Shown: piece by piece, positions 13,850 through 28,536 of the stretch
How positions within the stretch are numbered: position 1 is the stretch's first letter
How the letters are laid out: each line of letters starts with the position of its first letter
Source: the human T2T-CHM13v2.0 reference genome, Homo sapiens
Length of the DNA stretch: 64,000 nt
NCBI RefSeq assembly: GCF_009914755.1
Contig: NC_060929.1
Direction: 5' to 3' (one strand)
Position numbers and translations under genes: made by a program
Notes under the pieces: model-generated
Told to the model about the DNA's origin: nothing
Seen by the model: only the letters and a program-made list of their open reading frames with translations
Databases searched by the model: none

Positions 13850-14071
13850 TTTTATGCTATTTTATTTTATTTAAGTTCCAGATACATGTGCAGTACATGC
13901 AGGTTTGTTATATATAACGTGTGCCATGGTGGTTTGCTGCACCTATAGACCCATCACTGGGTATTGTCTCGCATGCATTAACTATATATCCTAATGCTGT
14001 CCCTCACCCTGCCGGCCCTCCCCTCAGAGGCCCCAGTGTGTGTTATTCCCCTCCCTGTATCTGTGTGTTCT
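13850..14071 (-). mobile_element. Short 5'-truncated L1PA (about PA7-8) 3' UTR insertion
   Basis: Antisense L1 3' terminus flanked by the perfect direct repeat catttgaactgttactatt (13831-13849 and 14072-14090). Confidence 0.88.
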
Positions 14072-14310
14072 CATTTGAACTGTTACTATTATATTTGTAT
14101 ACGAAACATGTAATAACATGATGGTGAATATTGTACTTTGAAATTTATGAACTATTCTTACATTTGTTATGTCATCTATACATGAACTGTAATTACTCAA
14201 ATGTTTTTCTCTTCACTTAATTCACACATTACAGGTTTTTTTTTATTTTTAAGGGGATAATGGTAAGAAAGAGTAAATACTTTCACCATATGTATTTTTT
14301 TTAGATTAAA

Positions 14311-14313
<3 letters not shown>

Positions 14314-14364
<51 letters not shown>

Positions 14365-14646
14365 AGGCAAAGTCTCACTCTGTTGCCTAGGCTGGAGTGC
14401 AGTGGCACGATCTTGGGTCACTGTAACCTCCGCCTCTCAGGTTAAAGTGATTCTCCTGCCTCAGCCGCCTGAGTAGCTGGGATTACAGGTGCCTGCCACC
14501 ACACCCAGCTAATTTTTGTATTTTTAGTAGAGACGAGGTTTCACCATGTTGGCCAGGCTGGTCTCAAACTCCTGACCTCAAATGATCCACCCGCCCTCAA
14601 CCTCCCAAAGTGCTGGGATTACAGATGTGAGCCACTGCTCCTGGCC
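14314..14646 (-). mobile_element. AluS with tail converted to a (TA)n microsatellite (about 14314-14360)
   Basis: Antisense Alu body preceded by an uninterrupted TA run. Confidence 0.95.
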
Positions 14647-15823
14647 TCCCTGTATAATTTTATTCTTCTAAATTCATTTGTCTTTTCTTCTTTGATGTCT
14701 GTCTAGTAGAATGTAAGTTTCCTGAAGGCAAACTTGTTTATTATTGTATCCCTACTGTCTAGCAGACTGTCTGACACAAGGAATGTGTTTAATAAACACT
14801 TGTTTAAATGAATGATTGAAGTTTTGAGAAGAGAGATGAATGGAAAATTAACCAGGAAGAGAATGAGAATAAGGGAAATGTGCAGGGAAGAGCAGCAAAG
14901 GATAGAACAGAAGAAAGTGATAAGGAGAGGAAAGGCTTTTTATTAAATTCAGCTTTGATGTAGCATGGTCAAGGCAGTGATAAGAAGCTGGTTGTTTTTT
15001 CTGTTTCCACCAGACTTGGGTGTCAGAAAGTGGTTGGGACAGATTCTGAGGTAGGGCTCTGTGTTCTAAACTTTCATTTGAATTAAATGAGATTATATAT
15101 AAGGCACAGTTGGAACAGCAAAGCATTATGTGTTATTTACTTATTTATTTATTTATAATTATTTAATAAGGAAGTTGGAGCCAGTGGTTGAAATGTAGCT
15201 TTCTTGACAATGATCTTGAATCTTAATATAGTAATGTTTTCTTTATCTGATAGTCAGAATATGAACTATTCCATGCAAGCCAATTCTCTCAATAACTGAA
15301 GCTTGTATCTCCATGATATTCAAAAACATAATTTTACTGGATTTGATACAAATGTCTTATGAATATATATATATGATTAAAGAAAAATGTTCAATCTGAC
15401 CTTTCCCTGATGACTCTCGATCATTATTATAAGTATTATTGCTTTATTTTGCTTTAATATCAAATGCCGTCAGAGACTTACTGAAATTTATGACGTTGTT
15501 TCACTCTAAATAAAAATGAAATAATATTTATTGCTGTATTTAGCATTCTTCTGAATATGTATAATAGTTTTTCTGCCTCTCTTATTTCTATTACCTATTA
15601 TTTAATGATTCTAAAAAAATCTATTCCTGTTATAAGAGATTCAAACAATGATATATATGGAGTAAACTATGAAAGACTTCTTTGGACTTAAATCACTCCC
15701 TAGTCCAATCGCACACCTCTCAGAGTATTGATAAAACTTTGGTTTATAGTCATCTGTTTCTTATCCTGTGCACTCACATATAAACACATACCACATAAAT
15801 ATATTGTATTAGTCTGTTTGGAC

Positions 15824-16180
15824 TGTATTAGTCTGTTTTCACGATGCTGATAAAGACTTTTGAGCCTGGGAAGACAAAGAAGTTTAATGGACTTACAGTT
15901 CCCCATAGCTTGGGAGGCCTCACAATCATGGTAGAAGGCAAGGAGGAGCAAGTCACGTTTTACACGGATGGCAGCAGGCAAAGAGAGTTTGTGCAGGGGA
16001 ACTCTTCATTTTAAAACCATCAGATTTCATGAGACTTACTCACTATTGTGAAAAGAGCGTGAGAAAGACCTGCCCCCATGATTCAGTTACCTCCCACTGG
16101 GTCCCTCTCACAACACGTGGAAATTGTGGGAGTTACAATTCGAGATGAGATTTGGGTGAGGACACAGCCAAACCATATCA
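15824..16180 (-). mobile_element. THE1 solo LTR nested in an MLT1A-like LTR
   Basis: tgtattagtctgttttcac...ggacacagccaaaccatatca termini, with gactg repeated at both junctions. Confidence 0.9.
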
Positions 16181-16563
16181 GACTGTCATACAAATTACCA
16201 TAGGCTGGATGGCTGAAACAACAGAAATGATTTCTCATAGATATGGAGGCTGGGAAGCCCAAGATCAAGATGTCAACTGATTTGGGTTACTTATGAGGTC
16301 TCTTTTCCTGACTTGTAGATAGGTAATTCTTGCTGTGTCCTCAGATGACCCTTTCTTTGCATACATGAGGAGAGGGAGAGGAGAGGTAGTGGGTTCTGTG
16401 CTGCTTCTTCTTATAAGGGCTCTGATCCCATCATGAGGGCCCCACCTTCATGACTTCATCTAATTCTAATTACCTCCTAGAGGCTCCATCTCCAGATACC
16501 ATTATATTGGGGGTTAGGGCCCCAACAAATGAATTTTGGGGTCACAATTCAGTTCATGGAACA
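16181..16563 (-). mobile_element. MLT1A-like LTR (remainder at 15805-15823)
   Basis: aaacaacagaaatgatttctcatag..ggaggctgggaagcccaagatcaag and ctaattacctcc..aggc motifs. Confidence 0.8.
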
Positions 16564-17033
16564 TATGCATGTATATGTATTTTAATATAATTAGAACAAT
16601 GCTATATGTATTCTGCTACATTTTGCCTTTTAATTTAAAATTGTATCTTAGAAAAACCTTATATATGTGTACCTAATTCTGTTTTAGTGACTGTATGCTA
16701 TACTAGGGCATTTAAATATTTTGTAGTTTTTTGCTTTATAATCAATATTGCAACAAATATTTTTGTATGGACAGACTTTGTGCATATTGTACAAGTGTTT
16801 TGGTAAGACACATTTTTAGATGGTCAGATAATTTTCTAATTTAAAATTTGAGAGACAGTTCCAAGATGACCCCTGAAAAATCTGTGCCAATTTTTTCACA
16901 TCAGTGATGTATAATTGTTTCCATTAAAAAAAAATAATATTGCTATTACTGGATATTCCAAGTATTTTTCATGCTTGTCAATTTTAGTAGGTGAAAAATA
17001 ACTTATTATATAGTCAGTCTAGTTATAATAATG

Positions 17034-17148
17034 TCATATGCTTATTGATCATTTAATTTTTTCATGGTGAACTTCCGTTGTGTTAAGCATATGAACTTCA
17101 TATGCTTATTGATCATTTAATTTTTTCATGGTGAACTTCCATTGTGTT
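17034..17148. repeat. 51-bp direct duplication with a 13-nt spacer forming a 12-bp hairpin
   Basis: Copies at 17034-17084 and 17098-17148 differ at one base. Confidence 0.92.
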
Positions 17149-17769
17149 TTTTGTCCATTTTCATATTAGTTTGTCTTTTTTCTAAGAGTTTTTCTGCACG
17201 AAAAGGGCTCTTTCTGGTAATTTGCGCTGCAGGTATTTCTTCAGGTTTGCTTTTGACTTTATGATCTCTTTAAGTTCAAATAAATTTTCATTTTTATAGA
17301 GTTAGATTATTTAATATTTTCTTTTTTGTCTTTTGGGTTTCATGTCTTGCTTTGAAAAGCTGAAGATAAAAATTTTAAAGTGATATGATAGCCATGTATG
17401 TTTTTGTGGTAGAAATACTTCCGTTAAGGACTCAATGCATTTTATACAAACATAAATTATCTGGTTTGTGAGCGCATATTAATTTATGTATTAAATTGTC
17501 TTCAATTCTATACAGAAGATACTCCTAAAGTATTACTACAATATGTGAAAATAGAAATAGCTTACCATGAATTTAAAATGACAAATAACTGAGCCTCACT
17601 TTCATTTCTTTAAAATAATACTATATATCTCATAAGATTGTTGTGAAGAGTAAATGAGATAACATCTGCAAATAATACTACTTACCATTTACTCAATGTC
17701 TACCAAAGTTGTTCTCTTCTCTTTTCTTTACCTACTTCTCTTTTTCTTTTTGGTGAATAAGACTCTAGA

Positions 17770-17947
17770 CCAGTATTGCCCGAGTACTTACTGTGATTAT
17801 TGAAATATTCTTTTTTCCACCATCCAGTAAGGTAGCCAGTAGCTACATTTCTGTTTAGCACCTGAAATGTGTCTAATGCAACCAAAGAGCTGAAATTTTA
17901 TTTTAGTTTGAATCAGATTATATGTGGCTACTGTTTTGGACATTGCA
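17770..17947. mobile_element. MER3/MER33-like hAT MITE
   Basis: ggtagccagtagctacat...gcacctgaaatgtgtctaatgcaacc...atatgtggcta motifs. Confidence 0.7.
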
Positions 17948-18031
17948 ACATAAGATGTATGAATACTTTTTTGATATGTATAAAGTGAAAATTAATTTGT
18001 TGGTTGTTATTGAGGATACTGTTTATTCTAG

Positions 18032-18154
18032 GTTGAAAACGTTAGCGGAAGAACTTATGCAAACACAGCAGATGCTTTTAAACAAGGAGGAGGCTGTTTT
18101 GGAGTTAGAGAAGAGAATTGAAGAATCTTCTGAAACTTGTGAGAAGAAGTCTGA
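18032..18154 (+). CDS. FER: FER coding exon (123 bp, probably exon 9), coiled-coil/FX region
   Basis: ttattctag acceptor and gtgagt donor. Encodes [40 protein letters not shown](D). Phase 2-2. Confidence 0.96.
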
Positions 18155-20057
18155 GTGAGTAAAAGAGAAACAATTTGAAGGAAGAATGTTTAATTGTAAT
18201 TTTACAAAAATATTTTAGTTACATGGCAGTGTGAACCTAACATTTCTAGAAACAGAAACTTTTATTTTAAGTATGAAGTTTTGTATAGTTAATTTCTAGG
18301 ATTCTGGAAAAATGATTCTGTGGTTTTAAAAAATATAGTGTCCTTGGGAAAAATGATTATGTATTTTTGTAAATATAGCATTCTGATCATATGTCTCAAT
18401 GTTTTAACAGTTTGAACTATCTTTCAAAAATTCATTGTTAAAAGCTGTCTTTACTTTCCTACATCCATTTTCACCAGACCCATTGTGAATTCCCCTGTTA
18501 AGAAAGTGGCAGACCAATATTACCTATAAATAGTCTCTACTCTGTTAAATGGAAGCAGACTGATGAGAAAACAGATAAAAATCACTCAGTGATTAGCTGT
18601 GCTATTTTGTCTTGCTGATTTCTGGATTTGCAAATATCTTCCTAGGTCCACAGACTTTACTTGTGTTGGTATACTCTTCTTTTACTGACTTCATTATGCT
18701 TTCTACTGCTTAAGAATTTAAAATTTAATCTAAACTTCAAGTTTCTAATCTGCTTTTATTAATTGCATCTACAAGAGTGGGTGCTGGTGTGGTTTTTCTA
18801 ATCCTGACTAGACCTCACATATTTCTTGCTATTATACTCTCACATATTCTTTGATTTATCAAGACTCTCAAGGAATTTGTGATATATAGAATTTCTCCAG
18901 TTTATACCTGCTATTTCTGCACAACTTTTCATATATCCTCCACTTATTTCAGATCTCTGATTACTTATCTCCCTCATCATAGTGAGCAGATGGACATCCA
19001 CATCCCAGAAATAAATTAGAAACATTGGATGACATTTTTCTTCTTTTCTGAGATTAGAGTTCCAAACCCACCCAAATTTGTACTCAACATCTTTCCTTAC
19101 TTCAATAGAGGAACAGTTCTTTGTCCTAAGTTCATTTCTTATGCCTGGTTTTTTTTTTTTTTTGTTTGTTTGTTTTTGTATTTTCTCGTCTCTACTTTCT
19201 CAGATTTTACATAATTTATGTATTATGTTCACCTTTCCTTCCCAACTGGGTCCTTGTGCTCACTTTTAAAATATACTTAAGTCTTGACTCCGAAAAACAA
19301 TCTCCACCTCCCTACCCACCCCAAATAATCCTTTTTAAATCTCCATATTTTTTCCCACGTACTATCTTTGCTTTCTGTTTTCTTAGTTCGAACTTGTTCC
19401 AAGAGTGATTATGCTCACTCATTTCCTCAATTCCCACTTAGTTTTCAAAGTCTGGCTTTTTGCCCTATCGCTATGGAAATGGGTAGCTCTAAGATCACAA
19501 TGATGTCTACATTGCTAGCTAAATTTAGAAACTATCTTACTTGACCTCTTAATAGTATCTGAATTTACTGACTTCATTTATTTTCTTTTCCCTTGGCCTT
19601 TGGAACTCAAAATGCCAGATCTTAATCCTCTCTTTCTGGCCACTCCTTTGCAAACCCATTCTCTTCCGCTCAGCCAATCCATTTTAGAGTTAGGGAAGGC
19701 ACGGCCCTAGACTGTCTCACTCCTTTCCCTGAACTTTTTCCCTAAGTGATCTGGTGAAGATGAGCCATTTATTACTCTCTCTCAGATTTATTTTCTGAAC
19801 TCCGTGGCCATGTAACCAATTGCCTACTTGACATGCCTTTTTGAATGTCTTAGAAGTATCCTAAATTCCCAATGTCTAAAGGCTGAATTAAAAATCTCCA
19901 TACAACCCAACCAAACTCAACCTAACCTGGTTCACTCTTAGTATTCTTTATTTCAGTGAATGGCAACATCATCCATTCTATTATACCACATCAAATTTTA
20001 GAGGGCTACTTTTCTCATTTATACTATAGCTGTTATTACAACTTGGTGTTAAATTTT

Positions 20058-20421
20058 TGTCTGGGTCTGTTTGGTCTGCTATAACAATGTGCCATAGACT
20101 AGGTGACTTAATAAAGAGCAGACTTTATTTCTCACAGTTCTGGAGGCTGTAAGTCTGAAATCAGGGTGCCAGCATGATTGGGTTCTTGTGAGGACTCTTT
20201 TCCAGACTGCAGACTGCTGTCTTCTCATTGTATCCTCACATGGCAGAAAGAGGGTAAGAGCTCCCCGGGATCTCTTTTATAATGGCACTAATCCCATTGA
20301 TAAGGGCTCTACCTTCATGACTTAATTACCTTCCAAAGGCCCCCACCTCCTAATACCATTGTATTAGGAGTTTTCAACATCTGAATTTTGGCAGCATACA
20401 AACATTCAGTCCATTGCAACA
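20058..20421 (-). mobile_element. MLT1A/MST-type MaLR LTR
   Basis: tttatttctcacagttctggaggctg..aatcagggtgccagcatg and acaaacattcagtccattgcaaca terminus. Confidence 0.85.
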
Positions 20422-21024
20422 TTAAATGGGAATCGATGAGCCCTGTAAAGGCGAGAACAGGAAAATTTGAGTTACTCTGATCATTCCTTTACTAAATCTG
20501 CAAATTTTTAGTATTGCATTAACAGAAGATTTTATTTGAATGGTAAAATAAAACATCACCCATTGCACATATAAAATTAAACAAAAGAATTATCTTTTGC
20601 TTTTCTGTGTTTGTGGATGAATCTCTTCACATGTTTATAGATGACCAAGTGGTTCTACTTTTTATAATTTTGCAAAAGGACACATTATAATGACTCCTAT
20701 TTTAAAATTTAGTGGATATAAAGAAAGAAAATTGAAAGTGCTAACCATTTCACCAGAATGTCTGGCTATAAGTTGTTGGAGGAGATGATCTTTAAGGGCT
20801 CCCTAATCTAGAAGTTATGAGATTATTTGAATTTTTGCATGTTTTCTTGACAAATCTTTGCCTCTCTTTTTATCTACATAATGGGTGTATAATCCATGTT
20901 CCTCTACCTGTTTATATTTATCAGGATATGAGAATGGATATAAGAGAGGAGCCTTGAAGGGTAGTGGATATATGGAAAGTAACATTTCTTGAGTTTTTAC
21001 TTTGTGTCACATATTATGCTGGGT

Positions 21025-21120
21025 ATTTATATATATATATTATAACATATAAACATATATATTATATATAACATACATAAACATATATGTAACATACATA
21101 AATGTACATATATATATATG
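21025..21120. repeat. AT-rich (TA/CATA) low-complexity repeat
   Basis: Visible degenerate atatataacatacataa units. Confidence 0.8.
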
Positions 21121-23754
21121 TTAACTCATTGAATGTTATCTTTCTGTGCCTTTTGTATAGTAGCCTGTGTTTTACCTTCAGGTCTTTGAGACTTTACATA
21201 ACTTACTTACAATCACATACATAGTAAATGGTAGAAAAGACATGAGTTGTTGACTCCATAGCTTCTGTCTTTTTGATCATATTATTTGCTTGATCTTATG
21301 ATTTTAACAGCATTCTTTAGAGAATAAGTTAGCAGGGGTAAGTATGCCAAGCTTTTCAGGGGATGAGACCTGTTTAACCCAACTCTTGTTAACCTTTGTT
21401 ACCATGGAGTTATTATTGTTAGAGTCAAGGTATAATCTTGAAAATGTTAAGTATATTTATATGACTAAAGAGTTACTGCTAAATTTCATTAAATGCAGAC
21501 ATTGGTAGGGTTAAGTTTGCCTTTGAATTATATGTTAACATATTTTGCTAAACACATAGTCTGAAAGGGATTCCAGGGCAAATGTTTGCATTTTAATTTC
21601 TTAATATTTCTTGAATATTTCCTTTTATTGTGTACATGTGTATATAACTACACATGTATGTTTAAATATGCATATATAATTAAAATCAATTTTTATCTGG
21701 TTTTAATAATAAACTTACATTATCTTTACTTCTCAACACTTTGTTAGTTTCATGTACTGTGTTACTTGTGAGACTACATTTCTTCCTAAATGTCAAAAAT
21801 AGTCTATGTTAGATATTTGCATTCTTAAATTATTTTTAAATTAATGGAATTATATTGAATGTTTACTTAATAGAAATAACAGTATTTGTTGTATCAAAAT
21901 ATGAGACTAAAACCACATTTTTATAATTTGAATTTAATATATCCATGTCTCTAAAATATCTAATGACAGTGAAAAAATAAATTATATGATAAATCATTTG
22001 ATGGCTTTGATTCCTATAATTGAATAATATGAAGAGAAAAATAAACTTCAAGAATGGCTTTTATGTGATTTTAAATTGACACATTAGCAAAAACAGAGTT
22101 CAAGCTTATATAAGTAATGCAGGTCTTAGTTGAAATGTAGCTATCGCAGAATTTTATTTAAAAAATATAGAATGAAAGAAATAAAACCAACCATTTGAAA
22201 TTTTTATAAAAAAATTTTAATGTATTAAATACACTAAATATGCTAAATTAAATACATTTAATGTACTTCGTGCATTTAGTGTATTTAATATGCTAAAATT
22301 TTGTATTGTATAACATACACTAAATATACTTTAATCCAACACAGAATATCAGTCTAGTATATATACCTTCACTCATTACTTCTAAAGTCTCTTTATTCAA
22401 ATGGAAATAATACCAATCTTTTCCTGATTTGTGGTCCTTGACTTTTGTATTAGAAAAAAGTTATGGGAAAAAATACCAAGCATATGTCATTTATGACTTG
22501 GTGGCATAAAGAGCTAGTGATGTTACTGTTGGTTTGAATGCTTGGTTTGATTTACAAAAAGTAAATGATTATTTAATTTTGTATTGTCTTAACCTGTTTT
22601 ATATCATTATCACTTAGTATTTAAAAATACCTTATGTATTATAAAATGATAGAGCCATGCAGAATCTTAAGAGATCATTTGATTTAGCCTCACTGCCTTT
22701 CAAATAATGTGACATCTGAGGTCCAGAAATTTTGAGAGACTTGCAAAATGTCACATCTAGCTTCTGGTAAAGCTAAGACTTAATAATCTAGAATAGTGTT
22801 CTAGTTTTGAAATTCAGGAACCTTACATTTTTTTCCTTTGGCTCAGAGTTTTAGAATTATGTGATTTAAAAAAAATGTGCTATGTAAATAGGGAATTCAT
22901 TCAACAATGTTGATTGTGCATCTACCAGATGCTGTGATTGCAGTGAGAGGTAAGACACGTATGGTCACGTGGCTCATGAAACTTACACTTTTGTGGAGGA
23001 AACCAACACAAAATTAAAATAATTACCAGTTATTATCATTGCTGTGAAATAAGGGTTCAGATAGAAGAATAACAGAGGAACAGCTACTTAAGAAGTACGG
23101 TCAGAGGTCTCCTAGGAGATAGGCAGAAGATAACCTGCATGTGAAGAATGCATGGAAAGAGTGTTCAGACATAGGAAATAGCACATGCAAGGGTTCTGGA
23201 AGCTTCCACGTTTTAAATTTATTTATGGCCTCCTATGCATCATGTACTAAATAATCATACATTTACTATAATTTCTACTTACTGAAGTATGTATTGCTTG
23301 TTTGCTCAATGGTATTATAAACATAATTGTATAGTATTTTACATAGTGAGACCAGCAATACATTTTTTTCAATAATTATTGAACAAAAGGAACATGTTCA
23401 TATATGAGAGATTATGTCATAGATAAAGGCTGAAATGGGATTAATTGGAAGAAATGAATTTTTCTAATTGATTTCATGATCAGACATGTTGATTTTAAAA
23501 TGTTAGGACTAGAGACATACACCCCCTGCAAGTCTCATTATCCTTAAAAACCACTAAAAATCAAAACCAGGAAATTTACGTTTTAATCTTATTCTTGGTA
23601 TTAAGATAGTGTCTCTGAGTATCTAATTGATTGCCAGCATGGTACAATACAGTAGAAACTTTCAAGTCCTGAAGGGGAATAAAAAAGACCTTCCTCCAAA
23701 ACAGATTATTTGGGTAGGCGCCCAAGACATATGAGAAGATAAAAACCTGAACTC

Positions 23755-24465
23755 AGTTAGTGTAACCACTATGGAGAACAGTTTGGAGGTACCTGAAAAA
23801 ACTAAAAATAGAGCTACCATGCCATCCAGCAATCTCACTGCTAGGTATATACTCAAAAGAAGGGAAGTCAGTGTCTCCAAGAGATATTTACACTCCCATG
23901 TTTATTGCAGCACTATTCACAATAGTCAAGAGTCCGAAGCAACCTACGTGTCCATCAACAGACAAAGGAAATGTACCTATACACAATGGACTACTATTCA
24001 GCCATTAAAAAAAGAATGAGATCCTGTCATTTTCAACATGGATGGCACTGGAGGTCATTATGTTAAGTGAAATAAGCCAGGCACAGAAAGACAAACTTTG
24101 CATGTTCTTGCTTATTTGTAGGAGCTAAAAATTAAAACATTTGAACTCCTGGAGATAGAGAGTAGAAGGATGGTTATCAGAGGCTGGGAAGGGTAGTGGG
24201 AAGTGCTGGGCAAATGAATGAGACCTGATATTTGATAGCACAACAGGGTAACTGTAGTCAATAATAATTTAATTGTACATTTTAAAATAACTAAAAGAGT
24301 ATAATAGGATAGTTTATAACACAAAGGATAAATGCTTGAGGTGATGGATACCCCGTTTACCGTGATGTGAGTATAACACATCACATGCTTTTATCAAAAT
24401 ATCTCATGTACTTCATAAATATATATACCTATTATGTACCCACAAAAATAAAAAATGAAAAAATT
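23755..24465 (+). mobile_element. L1MA 3' end
   Basis: ORF2 C-terminal remnant (MENSLEVP..), L1MA-type 3' UTR and A-rich tail. Confidence 0.85.
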
Positions 24466-24925
24466 CCTCACCTCACCAGAGGAAGCGTGATGTAGCAGCG
24501 GTGATACATATTTTTAAATTAATTTTTTTATTTTGAGATCATTATGGATTGACATTTAGTTGTTAGAAATAATACAGAGAGATCCCGTGTACCCTATACT
24601 CAGTTTCCCTCAATGGTAGCATCTTGTAAAACCATAAAATAATATCACAACCCAGATACTGACATTATGCAGTTAAGATACAGAACATTTCCATCACTAC
24701 AAGGATCTCTCATGTTGTACTTTTAGCCACACTTCCTTCAGTCCATCTACCTCCTTAGTAACCCCTAGAAACCATTAGTGTGTTTTTTCAAGAATGTGAT
24801 ATAAATGGAGTCATGTTGTATGTAACCTTTTGGCATTGGCTTTTTATTCAGCATAATTCTTCAGAAATTCATCCAGCTACTTTCATTCCTTTTTACTGTT
24901 GAGTAGTGCAGTGTTCCATGGTATG

Positions 24926-25397
24926 TGTATCAGTTTCTTAGGGCTGCTGTAATAAAATACTGCACAGTGGGTAGCTTAAAGCAACATAATTTTATTTATT
25001 AAATTTATTCTCAGTTCTGGAGGGTGAAAGTATGTAATGAGGTGTTGGCAGTGTTGGTTCCTTCTGAGAACTCCAAAGGAGAATCTGTTTCATGCCTGTC
25101 TCCTAGCTTCTGGTGATGGCTGACAATCCTTGACATTTCTTGGTTTGTAGAAGCTTTACTCTAGTCTCTGCCTCTGTCTCCATATGACCCTCTGCCTGTG
25201 TGTCTCTTCTCTGTATCCAAATTTTCCTCTTCTTATAAGGGCAACAGTCTTTTCCATTAATGGCCTATCCTACTCCTGTATAATCTCATCTTAACTACAT
25301 CTGAAACAACCCTGTTTCCAAATAAGGTCACATTCTGAGATTTCAGGCATTAGGACTTGAGCATATCTTCCTGGGGGATACAATTCAACCCCTAACA
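24926..25397 (-). mobile_element. MLT1B/C solo LTR
   Basis: tgtatcagtttcttagggctgct...caattcaacccctaaca termini and a 5-bp TSD gtatg (24921-24925, 25398-25402). Confidence 0.88.
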
Positions 25398-26073
25398 GTA
25401 TGGATATACCACAATTTGTCTAATCATTCACCCTTTGAAGGATGTTTGGTTTGTTTCTAGTTTGGAGCTAGTACAAATAAAGGTCTCCAAACATTTATGT
25501 ATAGGTTTTTATGTGAACATAAGTTACAATTTTTCTGGAGTAACTGCCTAGGATCACAGTTGCTAATTGTATGGTAATTGTATGTTTAGTTTAGTTTTGT
25601 ACTATTACACATTTCCATCAGCAATGTGTGAGTGATCCAGTTTTTTCTCATCCTTGCCAGCATTTGGTGGTGTCACTTTTTCACTATGCTATATTTGAGC
25701 CATTCTAAAAGATGTGTAGTGATATCTCATTGTTGTTTTAATATGCATTTCCCTAATGAATGATGTTCTGGAACATCTTTTCAATGTGCTGGTTTGTCAT
25801 TTGTATATCCTGTTTTCGTGAAATACCTGTTCAACTTTTTTGCTCATTTTCTAATTGGATGTTTGGTTGTTTTGTTTTGTTTTGTTTTTTAACTCTGCAC
25901 TCTTTATATATTCTAGAGCTTTATATATTCTAGTTCTTTATATATTCTAGTTCTTTGACACATATGTCATTTGTAAATAGTTTTCTCCCAGTCTGTACCT
26001 TGTCTTTTCATCTTCTCAAGAGACAGGGTCTTTCATAGAACAAAATTTTTTAATTTTAAAGAAGTCCATTTTA

Positions 26074-26190
26074 GGCTGGTCCAAAGAGTGGATAACTCAA
26101 TTGATTGTTCACAGTCAGTTATAGATTGAACTCCTCGTTTTACTCCTTCTCCCATTCTCACTACTGCACTTGACTAGTCTTAAAAAAAAA
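26074..26190 (+). pseudogene. Y1 RNA (RNY1-like) retropseudogene
   Basis: ggctggtcc...ctcaattgattgttcacagtcagtta...ctcactactgcacttgactagtctt matches hY1 end to end. A9 tail, and TSD aagtccatttta at 26062-26073 and 26189-26200. Confidence 0.92.
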
Positions 26191-26305
26191 GTCCATTTTA
26201 TTTCTTTTAAGGTTTGTGGTTGGTGCTTTGGTGTTAAGTCTAAGAAGTCTTTGCCTAGTCCTAGATCTCAGAGGTTTTTTTCTCTTTTGTTTGTTTTTTT
26301 TTTCT

Positions 26306-27945
<1,640 letters not shown>

Positions 27946-28536
27946 CTAAAAGTTTAATAGTTTGAGATTTTACATTTACATCTATGTTAACTCTTTTCTG
28001 CTGAGGCAGTACATTCTATTAATCCTAGATCTCAAAGGTTTTCTTCTTTATTTTTTTTTTCTACAAGTATAATAGTTTGAGATTTTACATTTAAATCTAC
28101 GTTAACTCTTTTCTGCAGAGTCAGTACATTCTATCTTCCTAGAAGTAGGAGGTCTTGGGATGTAGTTTTATAATCTGGCCAAAATGTCTCTCAGAAGCAG
28201 GCATAGTAATGAGGATACCACATGGAAACAACAACAATAAGAACAAAAACATCCCACAGACAGCATGTTCAGCATTCTAGGTGACAGTGTCCCCATAAGT
28301 CTCCCCCCATATTTGTGTGAGCGGCTGAATGACGAACAGCAACAAGACGAAAGACAACTGTGTAGGGCAAGCAAAAGGAAAGGAAAAAAAGGCCTTATGG
28401 TCATAAGAGCTTGATCTTGGATGGTTCTAAGAGCATAAAAATCAATGAATAGTCGTCTTTTAAAGAAAGTGTTCCTACTTACAGTGGAGGACTCCATGAA
28501 CAGATATTTAAATAACACATAAAACTGGTAGGGGGC

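Larger units (their letters stand above)
24510..26290 (-). mobile_element. Old L1M (L1MB/L1MC) 3' end hosting nested MLT1, Y1 and L1PA insertions
   Basis: aaataatacagagagatcccgtgtaccc and ccttgccagcatttggtg..gatatctcattgttgttttaatatgcatttccctaatg antisense L1 motifs. Confidence 0.8.

Noticed and set aside
25901-25955. Three ctttatatattctag units (and the aatccatatttaatccatg duplication at about 6333-6374) as a possible CRISPR-like array
   Set aside because: Short slippage duplications without unique spacers, in eukaryotic intron or L1 sequence.
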